Shown here in pieces: positions 1 to 12,150 of a stretch of 64,000 nucleotides of DNA. The stretch is from positions 53,382,001 to 53,446,000 of the forward strand of contig OZ024749.1 of NCBI GenBank assembly GCA_964016885.1. Direction: 5' to 3'. The position numbers and the translations under genes are program-made. Every line of letters begins with the position of its first letter. Within the stretch, counting starts at the first letter, position 1. The DNA is from Eledone cirrhosa (lineage: Eukaryota). The notes under the pieces were generated by a model. The model made no database searches. It saw only the letters and a program-made list of their open reading frames with translations, and was not told the origin of the DNA.

Positions 1-37
<37 letters not shown>

Positions 38-164
38 AAGGTTAAACAAGGTTCAATGAATAAAGTTTTACAATAGATTAAAAGCACTCCACAGTAATAG
101 TTTTCCGGAGTTATTAATATTAATTCAAAATATTAACAAGTATAGACATTCGTGTGATCAAGTT

Positions 165-231
165 TATTTTATTATACATATTTCAGAGGTACTGAGCTAT
201 CTTCAACAGTACGTCCTCATCAGATAAAATA
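165..231 (-). ncRNA. Type I hammerhead ribozyme candidate (mirror copy, sense to the ankyrin pre-mRNA)
   Basis: Exact reverse complement of the 351-417 motif in the left palindrome arm. Confidence 0.7.
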
Positions 232-350
232 AGATGATGCATGACATACCTTGACTAAGTAGATGGTTAAAATTCAGTCATGGCAGTGTGTGTGTGTGCC
301 ATGACTGAATTTTAACCATCTACTTAGTCAAGGTATGTCATGCATCATCT

Positions 351-417
351 TATTTTATCTGATGAGGACGTACTGTTGAAGATAGCTCAGTACCTCTGAA
401 ATATGTATAATAAAATA
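351..417 (+). ncRNA. Type I hammerhead ribozyme candidate
   Basis: Stem I TATTTTAT(351-358)/ATAAAATA(410-417); core CTGATGA 359-365; stem II GGACGTACTG/CAGTACCTCT (366-375/388-397); GAAA 398-401; short quasi-palindromic stem III ATATGTAT; AUA cleavage triplet 407-409. Confidence 0.7.
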
Positions 418-458
418 TACTTGATCACACGAATGTCTATATTTGTTAATATTTTGAA

Positions 459-574
<116 letters not shown>

Positions 575-756
575 GGAACCATCTGTTTGTTTTTGTAGTT
601 TGAAATAAGTTTAGGTTATAGCAAGGAAGTTTATTTACCATTACATGTATACGTAAATGTAATTTAGAATTATTTCGACTCTGTTCTCCAATATTTTGTA
701 ATACAAAATATGTAAAACAATGAAGTAAAAATGATTTGTAAAAGGTTTCTACTAAC

Positions 757-1377
757 CTGAAGGGGAGTTCGTTTTCCCCGTGGTTCAATATATTGGACAT
801 CGGCACCCATTGAAATTAACAGGTTCACGACATCTTTCCGTATCGATGGAGATCCGATATCTCTGGAAAGGATAACACTCATCAAAGGGGTAAAACCGAA
901 TTGATTAACCATGTTTACGTGTGCGTTGTAACTAAATAAAACATCCATGAACTCCAGCATGCCGTTCTGAGCAGCGAAATGAAGACACGTATCACCGTAT
1001 TTGTCAGAGTCATTGATCAGTTCTGGATGATAATCCAACATGAGTTTGGCTACTTCAGTCCGTCCGGCTAAAATACAGAACATGAGGGGTGTTTGGCCAA
1101 AATTGTCACGAGCAGATATATTGACATTTCTATCCAGCAAAATATTAACGCATTTTGTTTGGCCCTTTTCACAACAAACATGCAACAATGATTTAGTACT
1201 AATGTTTGCCTCATCGACGAAAAAACAATCGACATCACATCCCATGTCCAGTAATTCTGTTAGGCGATCATTATTCCCCTCATCTACAGCTTTATATAAT
1301 TCCCACTCCATGTTTTCTAAAATTGGCTCGTTACTTCTTTGTTCGTTGTCCAATTCAGCAGCAAATTCTCCTTCCAT
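757..1377 (-). CDS. Ankyrin-repeat protein (ASB/ANKRD-like), first coding exon, 207 codons; gene continues beyond the window start
   Basis: ORF with about 5 ankyrin repeats (SLLHVCC, GQTPLMFC, GDTCLHFAA, GFTPLMSV, KRTPLQ). Phase-0 donor CAG|GTTAGT at 757/756; ankyrin similarity stops there. Confidence 0.88.
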
Positions 1378-1491
1378 CTTTTTTTATTAAAAAAAATAAT
1401 AATAATAACTTTTTTTTACTTGAAGAGAGAATAATAAAGCTAAGAAACCATGAGTAAAAATTTCTGTTTTTATATATAAATATATATAGAT

Positions 1492-1540
<49 letters not shown>

Positions 1541-1545
1541 GTGTG

Positions 1546-1586
<41 letters not shown>

Positions 1587-1891
1587 ATACAAAATACTTT
1601 CTGCTAAACTAGATAAATATCATCACTTCTTCAGCTGCTCGTTCTGCCCAATACTAACTATTGCGTCTACTTTTCTTATGAGACTAACTACTCGGATTCT
1701 TCACATTTGTTGTTCTCTTCGTTGTTCTTGTTGTTGCTGGTAATGTTGATGAGAATAAGAAAAGCGACTATTGCTAGGTGACTGCTGTAAAGATATAAAG
1801 TGTTGTTAAGAGATAAATTTCTTTTTATTTTTTGACTATCATTGTTATTTCTTTTTGTGTGTGTGTATATATATGTATATATGTATATATT

Positions 1892-1957
<66 letters not shown>

Positions 1958-2301
1958 GAATATCAGTGGGGGTATTTTTACTTATATCCTGGAAGAATTT
2001 CAACAAATGCCTTTTTTAGAAATAAGTTTTTCAGAATTTCGCGCCAAGAATATTTTACGGATTCTTTTCAAACACCCAACCTCCAGCCCATCATATGTTG
2101 AAATACTTGGATTTGTACCAGGTAAAAAAATACTCATTTGATTGAAACGCGACTATTTTAACTCTGGCGTGACTATGTTTCTAATGAAATACACTGTATC
2201 TCAATTAATTAATGAAGAATTTTGAGGGTTTTTTTAATAAAAATTGTTAATTATTTCATTACCAAGATGGTAACTAACTTACCATATGGCTCTTATATAA
2301 A

Positions 2302-2468
2302 ATAATTGTTTCTACGTTAGGCACAAGGCCAGCAATTAACCAGTGTATTACTGGTACTTTATTTTATCGACCCCGTAAGGATGAAAGGCAAAGTTAACCC
2401 CGGCGGGATTTGAACTCAGAATAGCAAGGGTCGTAACTCTATGCGTCAAAGCATGTCGTCCGACTCTA
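2302..2468 (-). mobile_element. tRNA-derived SINE (family A)
   Basis: B box GAGTTCAAATCCC, central TTTGCCTTTCATCCTTACGGGGTCGATAAAATAAAGTACCAG (resembles the MetaSINE domain), tail GAAACAATTATT; more than 10 copies in the window. Confidence 0.85.
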
Positions 2469-3059
2469 AAGTGTTAATCAATAAATGAGAGGCCTATCTG
2501 CATAAAAAAAAAAACAGTCAAGTTAGTGTTGGTATATTTCATGCATTAATTATTTCACAATAACATAGTGGAAGATTCATGTTTGTAATTTAAGTGTATA
2601 AACAAACTATTTTAACAGTTGGCAGTTCATTTATGGTCTTTTGTAATGCTACTTTCTTTCTTTTTTTATTGTTGCTAGGGGGGGGGGGATACTCTATACA
2701 TGGGAAAAGGAGAGTGGGTAGAGAGATAGGTAAAAACCCGACCGTGGCGCCTAGTGGTTTTGGTTTGTACACGGCAAGCCTTTTCAATAGTACACTCTTG
2801 GAAAAGCTTAACGAATACAGGCCGAAACAGCTAAGCGTCGCGGTCAGATTTTTAACCCCCCCTCCTCTCTCTCTCTCTTATATATATATGTGTGTGTGCG
2901 TGGTCTGAGTAAGCGGAAGACAGAATAACTAAGGCGTTACTCAGAAGTATAGTGAGGGAAACGAGTTAAACTATCCATTCCAGCTCGTTGGACTCATTCT
3001 GCGAGCTGCTAATTCCGTCCCGATTACAGCGAGTAGCGGGGCATGTGATCCAGGAGATC

Positions 3060-3397
3060 CTGTCCATTATTGGTACTTTATATTATCGATCATGTAAGGA
3101 TGAAAGGCAAAACTTAACCTCAGTGGGATTTGAATACAGATCGCAAAGGGACGTAACTCTATGTCTGAAAGTTTGTTGTCCGATTACAGCCAATTCACGG
3201 CCCTTTACTCAGTAGATCATAATAATTGTTTCTACTTTTGGCACAAGGCCAGCAATTATCCCAGTGTATTACTGGTCCTTTATTTTATCGACCCCGTAAG
3301 GATGAAAGGCAAAGTTAACCTCGACGGGATTTGAACTCAGATCATAATCCCGCCGAGGTTAACTTTGCCTTTCATCCTTAGAGTAGATCATAATAAT
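3060..3397 (-). mobile_element. Two adjacent family-A SINE copies; the second has an inverted 5' segment and a 16-bp TSD
   Basis: SINE core at 3060-3200 and 3221-3340; inverted piece 3346-3380; AGTAGATCATAATAAT at 3211 and 3382. Confidence 0.75.
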
Positions 3398-4144
3398 ACC
3401 AACCTGTTCGGAGTTGTCACCCGTGTTTGCCGAAATATTAATCAATATATATGTCATTGACTATTGTTATTGTCGTTAAGAAGTGGGGTGGTGGTCGTCA
3501 TCGTCGTGGTGGGAGTAGTGGTGATGGCTCTTACCATAAAATTATTTCAAGTTTTAAATATTTTAAATATATTTATAAATGTTTGATTTGGGTTTAACTA
3601 GGGATAAATTCAATATACTACTTCAATTTTTTCATGTCACATCATGTCTGATGGTCAGTAAATATGGGACGAACAGTTACAACATGTATATATGTATTTT
3701 GGGGGGTGGGGTGGGGATGAGAGACTCCAAGTCTTCATTAAGACGTTTCTCTAGGAGAAGGTCACTGATATAAAACCTGCGGTTTCATTTGTATCCAATG
3801 ATGTAAACCACTTCGTCTTTTGGGGCAAATGAATTCGATGTTCAGAGCGTGAGATTGGCCCCGTGCAAAGCCTTTTCTCACTTAAAAATCTTCAAGCACA
3901 GGCACCGCTTGATATGTGACATTTTTTGTGATGCATGGTATTGCTGGCCATAGGCAAGTCCCTAGTAGAACTAAAAAGCCACGTCAGTGATGCTCATGCT
4001 TAAGTATCAAGCGATGGCATTACACGAAATCGAGTTGCAGCCATCATCATGTATGTATGTATGTATGTATGTATGTATGTATGTATGTATGTATGTATGT
4101 ATGTATGTATGTATGTATGTATGTATGTATGTATGTATGTATGT

Positions 4145-4685
4145 TCTTCTGGTTTTATAATTTCACAATTTGTTTCCAATAGAGAGAGAGCCGGTTTCTT
4201 ACATAGTTACAAGACTCTCTCATTGGAATTTACACAACATCTAGGTAGATATGTCTGCATGCATCCATGCAGTATGGATGTTATTGTATGTGTGGATGTG
4301 TATGTTTTGAGTTTTATGTGTGCATGTGTATATGCTTTGTATCTGTACATGTGTATATGCAGTTATTAGATGCAACATTTTTGGAATGTTTTACATATTT
4401 TTACTGCTTCATTAATAGATTGTACTTGTAATTTCCTAACTAGTTGTGTTCTTTCTGTTCCTGTGAAGTCCAGCTTCTCAAGATTTGTATTGAGGCAGTT
4501 ACTAACATATCCCAGTGCCCCAATAATCACAGGCATAAATCTGAAGGTATAATCAGGGTGGAGTATCTGCAGATTTCTCATCAGTTCTGCATAAATATTC
4601 TTCTTTTCGCTAATCTTTGATATTATATTGGCATCTGCTGGACAGCTAACTTCCACTACTGTGCATGCCTTCTTTTCCCTGCCCC

Positions 4686-4686
<1 letters not shown>
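4145..4686 (-). mobile_element. 5'-truncated non-LTR retrotransposon with restriction-like endonuclease C-terminus (R4/Dong-like) plus 3' UTR
   Basis: Translation VVEVSCP...KISEKKNIYAEL...PVIIGALG is typical of R4-clade REL domains; stop at 4366; both sides are (CATA)n arrays. Confidence 0.75.
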
Positions 4687-4716
<30 letters not shown>

Positions 4717-5086
4717 TGTATGTATGTATGTATGTATGTATGTATGTATGTATGTATGTATGTATGTATTATGTATGTATGTATGTTTCGTCAGCAAAAC
4801 ACTATAACAAATACTTTCTCAAGGATTACCGCATGGAGGTGAGCTGGCCTTGTGCCTAAAGTAGAAACAATTATTAATAATATATATTTCTTAACGTTAG
4901 CACAAGGGCACACGTTTTTCTTGGCAAGAAAGAGAGCAGACGACTTAATGTGGTACGTGTTTTATCGCCCCCATCCTCGAAAGATGAACTAGGTGAGATT
5001 TGACCCCAGAACGGTGAGGGACGTCATTTATTAAATGTTATAACTAAAAGGTATCTCTGGCAGTGCTTATTTAAAATTTCTTTCTC

Positions 5087-5209
<123 letters not shown>

Positions 5210-6015
5210 CTTTGATAGGTTTCGGCCAGTATTGGCTCAGGCCATTTCTAACTTAATAGCAACACCTGGCAAAATCTTCAAAATCAGGATTTGGACACCA
5301 TGGTCCACTCAAGTAGAAAGTTATTGTTTACGGAGACATATCCGGGTGTAGGAGGTTTATCCAGGATTTCTTGAAGGAATTTGTCAAAATACTTCTTGAA
5401 ATTTATGGGGTCTGTTTCTGTTTTAATGTGTTTTGGTGTAATGTTAAAGAGAGCGGGGCCAATTGAGGTGAAATAATTGTGCCGTAGTGTTGCAAGTGTG
5501 ATTTTTGTTGTGGGCGGATAGCACGGTAACCAAGCCTTGGGTGTACCTTAAAGGTGATGCCCACATCATTTGGGCAAAGCTGATGGAATATTTTCTAGAT
5601 CATGCAGATAATGTAGTGCTCACGGCGACGTTGGAGAGAATAAAGTTTGAGCTTTTCTAATCAACTCCAATAGTCAAGGCCTGTCTGCCATCTATCTTTT
5701 TGGTAATTTACTTTTGAGATGCTTAAACTTTCATGATACTTTGTTTCGTGTGGGGAGACCGCAGTGGACAACAGTATTCAAGGTGGGATTGGGCAAAAGT
5801 GGAGAGGAGAAAGATAATGGTGTGGATATCTCTCGACTGGAAAGTTCTGAGAATCCAGGAACACATTCTGCGGGCCATGTCAACTTTGCTGTTTCTATGA
5901 GTGGCCCAGCTTATGTTGTTGTCCACAATTACTCACAAGTATCTGATGCTGTTGGATGCCACGAGAGTTTCACTCGAACGAAGGGAGTGTGGGAGTTTCA
6001 GTGCATCCTCTTTTC
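5210..6015 (-). mobile_element. CR1/L2-type LINE 3' fragment (decayed RT C-terminus and 3' tail)
   Basis: Translation WILRTFQSRD...SHLEYCCPLRSPH matches the CR1/L2 HLEYC motif; frameshifted; flanked by (TA)n; the same 3' tail recurs at 20147-20212 (+). Confidence 0.75.
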
Positions 6016-6016
6016 C

Positions 6017-6048
<32 letters not shown>

Positions 6049-6376
6049 TAGTGAGGTGGAGGATCAACCTCGTGTTCAGGCGGTTTCGGCTAGTAACTTC
6101 TTTCTAGGCGTTAATAAATATGTTAACAGATTATATATATAAAAATCTGTTGTTTTTTATTGACGCCTGCCATGGGGCATTCCTTGTCCTTTAGTTCTCG
6201 TAGTTTCTTTTTCTTTCTGAAAATGTCCACTGTATATTTTCTACTGATAAATTTTGCAATGTGTGGATAATAATACATCAATGACCTTGTCCTCGATATC
6301 TTTCTGACAGACATTTTTTTCAGTATACATTTTTCTCTCCTTGAATATTCTTGTTGAACATAGAAAAAAGTGTGTG

Positions 6377-6407
<31 letters not shown>

Positions 6408-6436
6408 ATACATATGTATATATATATACATATGTA

Positions 6437-6494
<58 letters not shown>

Positions 6495-6648
6495 CATATA
6501 TATACATATATATATACATATGTAAATATATATATACATATGTATATGTATATGTAAATATATGTATATATATATATATACATATGTATATATACATATA
6601 TTATATATATATATAATATATATATATATATTATACATATAGATATAT

Positions 6649-6711
<63 letters not shown>

Positions 6712-6771
6712 TTATCTTGCCTTTTTCTATTCTAAAATACCAGAATTTATCGGCAACTATTTTTTTAATGT

Positions 6772-6967
6772 TTTGTTTGTGGTGTTGTTGTCGGAGACGT
6801 TTGCAGGAGCTGGGTCTCTGACAATGAAGTTCTTGTCATTGTTGGCGATTCGCCCTCCCGATGTATCAGGTGATGCCAATAATGGTACTTGGTTATTCCA
6901 GCGCCTCAACATCGTTATCACCAACTGTAAGGCTGCCAGTGTGTTAGCTCACCTCAAAACCTATTAG
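6772..6967 (+). mobile_element. CRE-clade non-LTR retrotransposon REL-endonuclease C-terminal fragment
   Basis: ETFAGAG...VSGDANNGTWLFQRLNIVITNCKAASVL resembles the CRE C-terminal motif WLFQRLSxAIQRGNAASVL. Confidence 0.7.
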
Positions 6968-7469
6968 AAGGAAGATCCAGCTCCCCATGTTGTGGAGTGT
7001 GATTGAGTGTGCATAGCCTCTGCTTTCTCTCCTTTCATTATCCACTTCAGCGTTTCTCAACCGCCATTCCTCGGAACCCTAGATTTCCGCAAGGTGGCTA
7101 ATAAGTTAATGCATTTTTGAGTAATTTTTATTTAATTTTATATTCCTAATTTTACTATACACGTCCGGGATATAGTGGGAAAAACCTTTTCTTATCTTCA
7201 AGAGTTAATTCACCGTGACATAATGTTTTAAATCAACCTTGTACTGTGCATTCATTAATATTTCCTTAGCCCCAAACTTAGTTGATGTTTCAAGCCGATT
7301 TGTGCTGCACTGCAGCCGAGTTTAAACTCATAGAAATAAATTTATTTCAAAGATCTGGAAATTGAGAAAAATGCAATTTATATTAAAAATAAATTACTTA
7401 TAGAAATAAAGAGCATAAATGAAGCTTTAAAATGAAACATAATTTTACATACTTTCACAACCATTTGGT

Positions 7470-7690
7470 CCCGCGACTTAGAGTACAAGACTCTTCCCTG
7501 GATAGGAAGCCAGTCCATCGTAGGATTAAACACCCCAGCTGTTGCTACTGATGCTCATTTTCGGCTGAGTATACTGGAGCAACGTGAAATGAAGTGTTTT
7601 GCTCAAGAACACAACACACAACCTGGTCTAAGAATCGAACTCATGACATTATGATTCTAAGTCCAACACCCTTAACACTATGCTATGCTT
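7470..7690 (-). mobile_element. tRNA-derived SINE (family B-related, CORE-like)
   Basis: On the minus strand: GAGTTCGATTC B box followed by TTCTTGAGCAAAACACTTCATTTCACGTTGCTCCAG, shared with 43000-43320 and 60917-61245. Confidence 0.65.
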
Positions 7691-7756
7691 GCAATCAATT
7701 CATTTCTTTTAGGGGGTGGGGGGGGGGCTTATCTAACTTCTACTGTGTTTGATATA

Positions 7757-7954
7757 CGAGGGTCGGCTGAAAAGTTCATTGGCTGACCAAGATACTCTCA
7801 TGGAATGACCAAATGAGATTTATTTTCTAACATAGTTCCTGGAAAGAAACAATGCAGTTATTAATAAGAAGAATTGAAATTAATGCATGCAAGATTTCTA
7901 TGTTCTATCATCACTCCTTCAGAGTCAGCCTATGAACTTTTTAGCCTACCCTCG
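7757..7954. mobile_element. Tc1/mariner-type MITE
   Basis: TA-preceded TIRs CGAGGGTCGGCTGAAAAGTTCAT...ATGAACTTTTTAGCCTACCCTCG; further copies at 10153, 27317 and 50147. Confidence 0.75.
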
Positions 7955-8068
7955 TGTATATATATATATATATATATATAGTTGAATAAATGAACAGGGA
8001 ATAAAAAACAGAGAGGCAGTACAAATGGTAGGTTTTTAGTTTTACGCTTCAATTAACTCTTGAAGATT

Positions 8069-8126
<58 letters not shown>

Positions 8127-8232
8127 GAATTCAAACTTTGTCTGATTTACTCGTTTTATTTACAATCCTTTAAAATTTATAATGGTATTATAATGAAATA
8201 GTATGATAGAATATTAAATGTTAAGTGTTAAT

Positions 8233-8271
8233 TGAACAAGTAATTTCATGCTTTCGCAATCTTCAGGTTCA
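8233..8271 (-). ncRNA. Minimal hammerhead ribozyme, inverted pLTR copy (stem III palindrome altered)
   Basis: Reverse complement of 9924-9962, except AGTACT reads ATTACT. Confidence 0.6.
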
Positions 8272-8617
8272 TAATGTGTGGTGACAGTCAAGTTTGCAAT
8301 TTTCAACTGTAATGAGATGGGTAAATTTTGTACTTTATATACAGTGAAAAGTGGCTCCAGAATGCTAAATCTTGCAAACTGTATTTCGACGAATCGGTGT
8401 GTAGTTTCACTAAATTACTAAAGCTGATTGTTTTAGGCGTCACAGTTGGTTGAGCATGTCTAACGACCACTAATTGATCCTATCCAAAGCATCAATTGTT
8501 TTGCTATTTTTAGAAATGATGAAAATAGCATTTTCTAGTAACCATCACTATCAACATCACTTTTATTATTATTATTGTTGTTGTTGTTGTTGTTAGTGGT
8601 CGTAGTCGACATGGTCG

Positions 8618-9538
8618 TTCCTAGATATAATGATAATCAAAAACGACACCACCATTACCACGGATATATATTATAAACACACAGACACCCATCAATATCT
8701 GAATTTTAAGTCGTGCCATCCACCTCATACAAAACGCAACATCCCATACTGCCTAGCCAGAAGAATTTGTACCATTGTAGAAGATACGAATACCAGGTAC
8801 AAACGCCTAACAGAACTAAGAGAATTTTTGCTCAAACAAAAATACCCATCTCTACTTATAGAAAATGGCATACAGCGGGCTATAAAAATACCTATACAAC
8901 AACTTAGGACAACCCAAGGAAGAAGAAACCAAGAACTGGTCATACCATTTATAATGACACACAACCCATGTCACCAGAATATCTTCAACACTGCCAAAGC
9001 AAACCTACCGATCATTGCTCAAAGTAATGAATTAAAAGGCTTAATCACAGATCGATCTTTGACTCTTAGTAAAAGACAGGCGAAAAATTTGAAGCAATTA
9101 CTAACAAAAGCAAAGTTTGACCTTAACAACAAAGACCAATCATTCACTGTATCTAAATGCAATGATAGTCGATGCGGCACATGTCAATCCATACACGCCG
9201 GTCAATATATGAAAACAAAAACTGGAAAAATATTCCCAAATGCAAATATGAACTGCAAAAGCAGAAATCTAATTTACTGCATTAAATGCCCGAATTGTGA
9301 AGAACTATATGTCGGTCAAACTGGAAATGCACTATCGGAACGTGCACGGGTACACCGACAGCAAATCAGAGACCCAAATGTCCGTCAGATACTCCTAAGT
9401 AACCATCTAGCAACATGTGGTCAGGGAATATTTATAATATTCCCATTCTACAAATTACCCAGCCCAAGTGAAATCAAGAGAAAAATCAAAGAAAAGAATT
9501 TTATTGATAAATTCAAACCCAAGCTAAATGAACAATAA
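8618..9538 (+). CDS. Penelope ORF remnant: RT C-terminus (FLD...YYKHTDTHQYL) plus GIY-YIG endonuclease
   Basis: Uninterrupted frame from the FLD motif; CxxxxCxxC, LIYCIKCPNC...YVGQT, ERARVH, C-terminal E...KLN. Confidence 0.88.
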   Translation, partial: FLDIMIIKNDTTITTDIYYKHTDTHQYLNFKSCHPPHTKRNIPYCLARRICTIVEDTNTRYKRLTELREFLLKQKYPSLLIENGIQRAIKIPIQQLRTTQGRRNQELVIPFIMTHNPCHQNIFNTAKANLPIIAQSNELKGLITDRSLTLSKRQAKNLKQLLTKAKFDLNNKDQSFTVSKCNDSRCGTCQSIHAGQYMKTKTGKIFPNANMNCKSRNLIYCIKCPNCEELYVGQTGNALSERARVHRQQIRDPNVRQILLSNHLATCGQGIFIIFPFYKLPSPSEIKRKIKEKNFIDKFKPKLNEQ

Positions 9539-9923
9539 TAATAATAATAACTATGACTACGACCATGTCGACTACGACCATGTCGACTACGACCACTAAC
9601 AACAACAACAACAATAATAATAATAATAATAAAAGTGATGTTGATAGTGATGATTACTAGAAAATGCTATTTTCATCATTTCTAAAAATAGCAAAACAAT
9701 TGATGCTTTGGATAGGATCAATTAGTGGTCGTTAGACATGCTCAATCAACTGTGACGCCTAAACCAATCAGCTTTAGTAATTCAGTGAAACTACACACCG
9801 ATTCGTCGAAATACAGTTTGCAAGATTTAGCATTCTGGAGCCACTTTTCACTGTATATAAAGTACAAAATTTACCCATCTCATTACAGTTGAAAATTGCA
9901 AACTTGACTGTCACCACACATTA

Positions 9924-9962
9924 TGAACCTGAAGATTGCGAAAGCATGAAAGTACTTGTTCA
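9924..9962 (+). ncRNA. Minimal hammerhead ribozyme in the Penelope pLTR
   Basis: TGAAC-CTGAAGA-T[TGC GAAA GCA]T-GAAA-GTAC-TT-GTTCA: perfect 5-bp stem I, GNRA-capped stem II, palindromic stem III AGTACT, CUU triplet. Confidence 0.72.
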
Positions 9963-10152
9963 ATTAACACTTAACATTTAATATTCTATCATACTATTTC
10001 ATTATAATACCATTATAAATTTTAAAGGATTGTAAATAAAACGAGTAAATCAGACAAAGTTGGAATTCCTTTTATTAATATAATCTTCTATACACAATCA
10101 TACACACCCGTGTATATTTATCTATCTATATATCTATATATATATATATATA

Positions 10153-10351
10153 CGAGTGTAGGCTGAAAAGTTTATTGGCCGACCAAAATTCTCTCATGGA
10201 ATGAACAAATGAGGTTTATGTTTCAACAGAGTCCCTGGATAGAAACAATGCAGTTATTAATAAGAAGAGTTGAACTTAAATGCATGCAATATTTCACAGA
10301 TCTAACACTACTCCTTCATAGTTAGCTTATGAACTTTTTAGTCCACCCTCG
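10153..10351. mobile_element. Tc1/mariner-type MITE
   Basis: TA|CGAGTGTAGGCTGAAAAGTT...AACTTTTTAGTCCACCCTCG|TA; homologous to 7757-7954. Confidence 0.75.
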
Positions 10352-10433
10352 TACATCGCAGTCATTTCTCATCATAGCTTCGTTGCTGCTTTATAAGTTC
10401 TGTGAGTAAGACGTTCATTATTTAACATTGAAT

Positions 10434-10799
10434 TGGCAGTATCGGTAGAGGGTTGGACGCCATGCTTTCTAGCATAGTTACGTCCCTTTACAGTCTGAGT
10501 TCAAATCCCGTCGAGGTTAACTTTGCCTTTCATCCTTACGGGGTCGATAATATAAAGTACCAGTAATGTACTGCGTAATTGCTGGCCTTGTGCCTAAAGT
10601 AGAAACAATTATTTAACATTGGCAGTATCGGTAGAGGGTCGGACGCCATGCTTTCCAGCATAGTTACGTCCCTTTACGATCTGAGTTCAAATCCCGCCGA
10701 GATTGACTTTGCTTTCATTCTTACGGGGTCGATAAAATAAAGTACCAGTAATGCACTGGATAATTGCTGGCCTTGTGCCTAAAGTAGAAACAATTATTT
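10434..10799 (+). mobile_element. Tandem pair of full-length family-A SINEs
   Basis: Two units of about 180 bp, each with A box TGGCAGTATCGG and B box GTTCAAATCC, separated and flanked by TTATTTAAC. Confidence 0.88.
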
Positions 10800-11162
10800 A
10801 ACGCAATTGTCTTCAAAGCCTATGTTTCCTTTTACATGAGATTAATACAAATCTGAAGTAAAAAATCTGTTTCCATTGGATGTATATACTGCTATAGTGC
10901 ATACATTCTAGAAATTATTTTATCTTCCTCTTCTTTGCGTACTCCCTGTTTCCACATTGATGTTCTTTTGTCAAAGATATGATACTGAGGAATTTTTAAA
11001 GTAACAATGTAATTCTCACTGTCTAGCAACTTCAACAGTTCCACAGTCTGAACTACAATGTGAAGGGATGCTGTGTGTGCGCGCGTGCGTTGGGCATTCT
11101 CCAGAGCTTCCGTTACAGTGTTGGGATTGGGGGAGGGCTTAAGTATATATACAGTACATGTG

Positions 11163-11897
11163 TGTAACGGTATATTATGTGTGGTTGTAACGATAAGTGG
11201 ATGGATGTAACTGTTGGTATGGTGGTTTCGATGTAAAGAAAAATACTAGGATTATGTTGTTACAAAGTTTATTTTATTATAACAATATTCAATTTGAATA
11301 TTGAATGATAAAATCAATAATACAAAAATCCATACAATAATTTGGTGGCTCTTCGAGCCACGTAAATTCAAGTATCACAGAATACGATTATAATATAATT
11401 TGTACTGTATCAGAAAGGTACAATATGTGTAAACAGAAATGGTGCGTGTAAAAATACTGAACTCATTATGAATGCGTGTGTGCGTATCAGTATATGTACT
11501 TATTTGTATTGCAGGAGTCAGCGATCAGCCAGGAAGGTGACAATAAGTGACAGACTGGTTTTTCATGACGAGACCTTGTAAATGCGACTTGTCTTGTCTG
11601 TATATCACTTCTTTTCTGTCGAGGCGTAAACAACCCCTGTATTTATAAGAGTTGAAATTAGAAGGATAGATATATCCTCTGAACTTTGGTTAGTCTCCCA
11701 AGGGATTAGTTTGCCAAGCGTAAACAAGTCAGAAAGATGGATATATCCTCTGACCTATTTTCTGTCAGGCGTAAACACCTCTGACCTGTGTTTAGCCTCT
11801 CCCAAGGGGTTAGTCTCTTGAGCGTAAACAAGTTACCACGGCTTGTCACAGAGGCGGGAAAGCTCAGATTCGGTTTCGAATCTTCGCCGCCGTTATA
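11163..11897 (-). mobile_element. Solo LTR (Gypsy-like)
   Basis: Termini TGTAACGG...CCGTTATA with 4-bp TGTG TSD; minus-strand TATAAATA and AATAAA; shares motifs with 14950-15528. Confidence 0.6.
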
Positions 11898-11909
11898 TGT
11901 GTATTATTA

Positions 11910-12092
11910 TTGGCAGTATCAGTAGAGCGTCGGACAACATGCTTCACCGCATATAGTTACAGTTCTTTACGTTCTGAGTTCAAATCCCACCGAGGTTAAC
12001 TTTGCCTTTCATCCTTACGGGGTCGATAATTAAAGCACCAGTAATGCATTGGGGTAATTGCTACCCTTGTGCCAAAAGTAGAAACAATTATT
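11910..12092 (+). mobile_element. Family-A SINE, full length
   Basis: A and B boxes, central domain and GAAACAATTATT tail. Confidence 0.85.
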
Positions 12093-12150
12093 AGAAAATA
12101 TTCAACAATTCAACAGTGTGTCAATCAATCACACACCACAACAAGTGTCA

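Larger units (their letters stand above)
8121..10130 (+). mobile_element. Penelope-like retroelement, 5'-truncated, with inverted pseudo-LTR (8121-8618 vs 9574-10074)
   Basis: Near-identical inverted repeat of about 500 bp flanking an RT-thumb/GIY-YIG ORF; flanked by (TA)n; hammerhead core in the pLTR. Confidence 0.92.

Noticed and set aside
1040-1457. Plus-strand ORFs overlapping the ankyrin exon
   Set aside because: They are antisense shadows of the real coding exon with no recognisable motif.
5215-5250. CTGAG...CGAAAC motif at the LINE 3' end (repeated at about 20180)
   Set aside because: The core is not CUGANGA; it is better explained as a LINE 3' stem-loop.
6075-6120. Hammerhead-like remnant on the minus strand (CTAG..CTAGCC-GAAAC-CG)
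   Set aside because: There is no CUGANGA box and no convincing stem I.
6123-6706. Several long ORFs of YI/CV/TH repeats (also near 1500-2100, 4049, 35695 and 57259)
   Set aside because: They are translations of (TA)n, (CA)n and (TACA)n microsatellites, not genes.
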